A stretch of 64,000 nt of DNA, taken from assembly GCA_950097015.1 (NCBI GenBank), contig CATNEN010000003.1, positions 2,914,001 to 2,978,000 on the forward strand. Direction: 5' to 3'. The notes beneath the pieces are model-generated. The model saw only the letters and a program-made list of their open reading frames with translations, was not told the DNA's origin and did not search any database. Made by a program: the position numbers and the translations under genes. Below, in pieces: positions 63,566 to 64,000 of the stretch (position 1 is the stretch's first letter; every line of letters begins with the position of its first letter). This DNA is from Macrostomum hystrix (taxonomy: Eukaryota > Animalia > Platyhelminthes).

Positions 63566-63573
63566 TATAAAAG
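63566..63573 (+). promoter_or_regulatory. Candidate TATA box of the lipase gene
   Basis: TATAAAAG about 95 bp upstream of the lipase ATG. Confidence 0.5.
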
Positions 63574-63661
63574 CTTGACGATTCGACCAAGAAATGTCGC
63601 TATACTATTGTGCAGCTCAAACTTAACAGGTTGACAGTTGAGCACTAGAACTCAATCAGCA

Positions 63662-64000
63662 ATGCAATTGAGCACACAGCAGCTTCTGCTGCTGCTTTCC
63701 CTGAGTGCGGCATCAGCTGCACCTCGGGGCAGCGACACTCCGTACTTCATCCCCAGGACGGTCTGCTACGACGGCATCGGCTGCTTCAGCACCGGCGGCA
63801 ACTTCTACGACATTTTCCGCAGGCCGGTCCATCAGCCGCCGCAGGATCCGAATGCGATCAGGCCGACCTTCGCCCTGTACACCAGGCGGAATGTCAACAC
63901 TGCACAGGAGCTAGTCTTCAACAATAGGAACAGCGTGCTCAACTCCAACTACAGGCCCGGCTCGCCTACGAACATCATCATTCACGGCTTCACAGACAAT
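63662..64000 (+). CDS. Secreted pancreatic-lipase-related protein, 5' part (runs off the window)
   Basis: MQLSTQQLLLLLSLSAASAA signal peptide, then VCYDGIGCFS...FALYTRRN...IIIHGFTD, which is the N-terminal signature of the pancreatic lipase family. It is absent from the ORF track because it has no stop in the window. Confidence 0.88.
   Translation, partial: MQLSTQQLLLLLSLSAASAAPRGSDTPYFIPRTVCYDGIGCFSTGGNFYDIFRRPVHQPPQDPNAIRPTFALYTRRNVNTAQELVFNNRNSVLNSNYRPGSPTNIIIHGFTDN

Overview
Intron-rich metazoan genomic DNA, not prokaryotic. Poly-Q exons and minisatellite-filled introns suggest a flatworm such as Macrostomum, but that is inference only. I reconstructed six protein-coding genes by hand from GT-AG sites and codon phase. 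On the + strand: a 5'-truncated Kirrel/Neph-like 5-Ig adhesion receptor (1218-7380), an 11-exon DAT/NET-type SLC6 monoamine transporter (13203-26606) and the 5' end of a pancreatic-lipase-like gene (63662 to the window end). On the - strand: Rab27 (29618-31123), an unrecognised 206-aa four-exon gene that the ORF track does not show as one ORF (36260-38729) and a PDZ-PH-RhoGAP gene of the ARHGAP21/23 type (44652-58978). Mobile DNA includes a very young full-length BEL/Pao LTR retrotransposon in SLC6 intron 6, an intact DD34D mariner with unusually long 201-bp TIRs just upstream of Rab27, and three tRNA-derived SINE families. About 20 distinct minisatellite arrays are present. Many have hairpin or palindromic units, and neighbouring arrays often share a core sequence. 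No CRISPR array, rRNA or intact tRNA was found. All coordinates were read by eye, and array and SINE edges are approximate.
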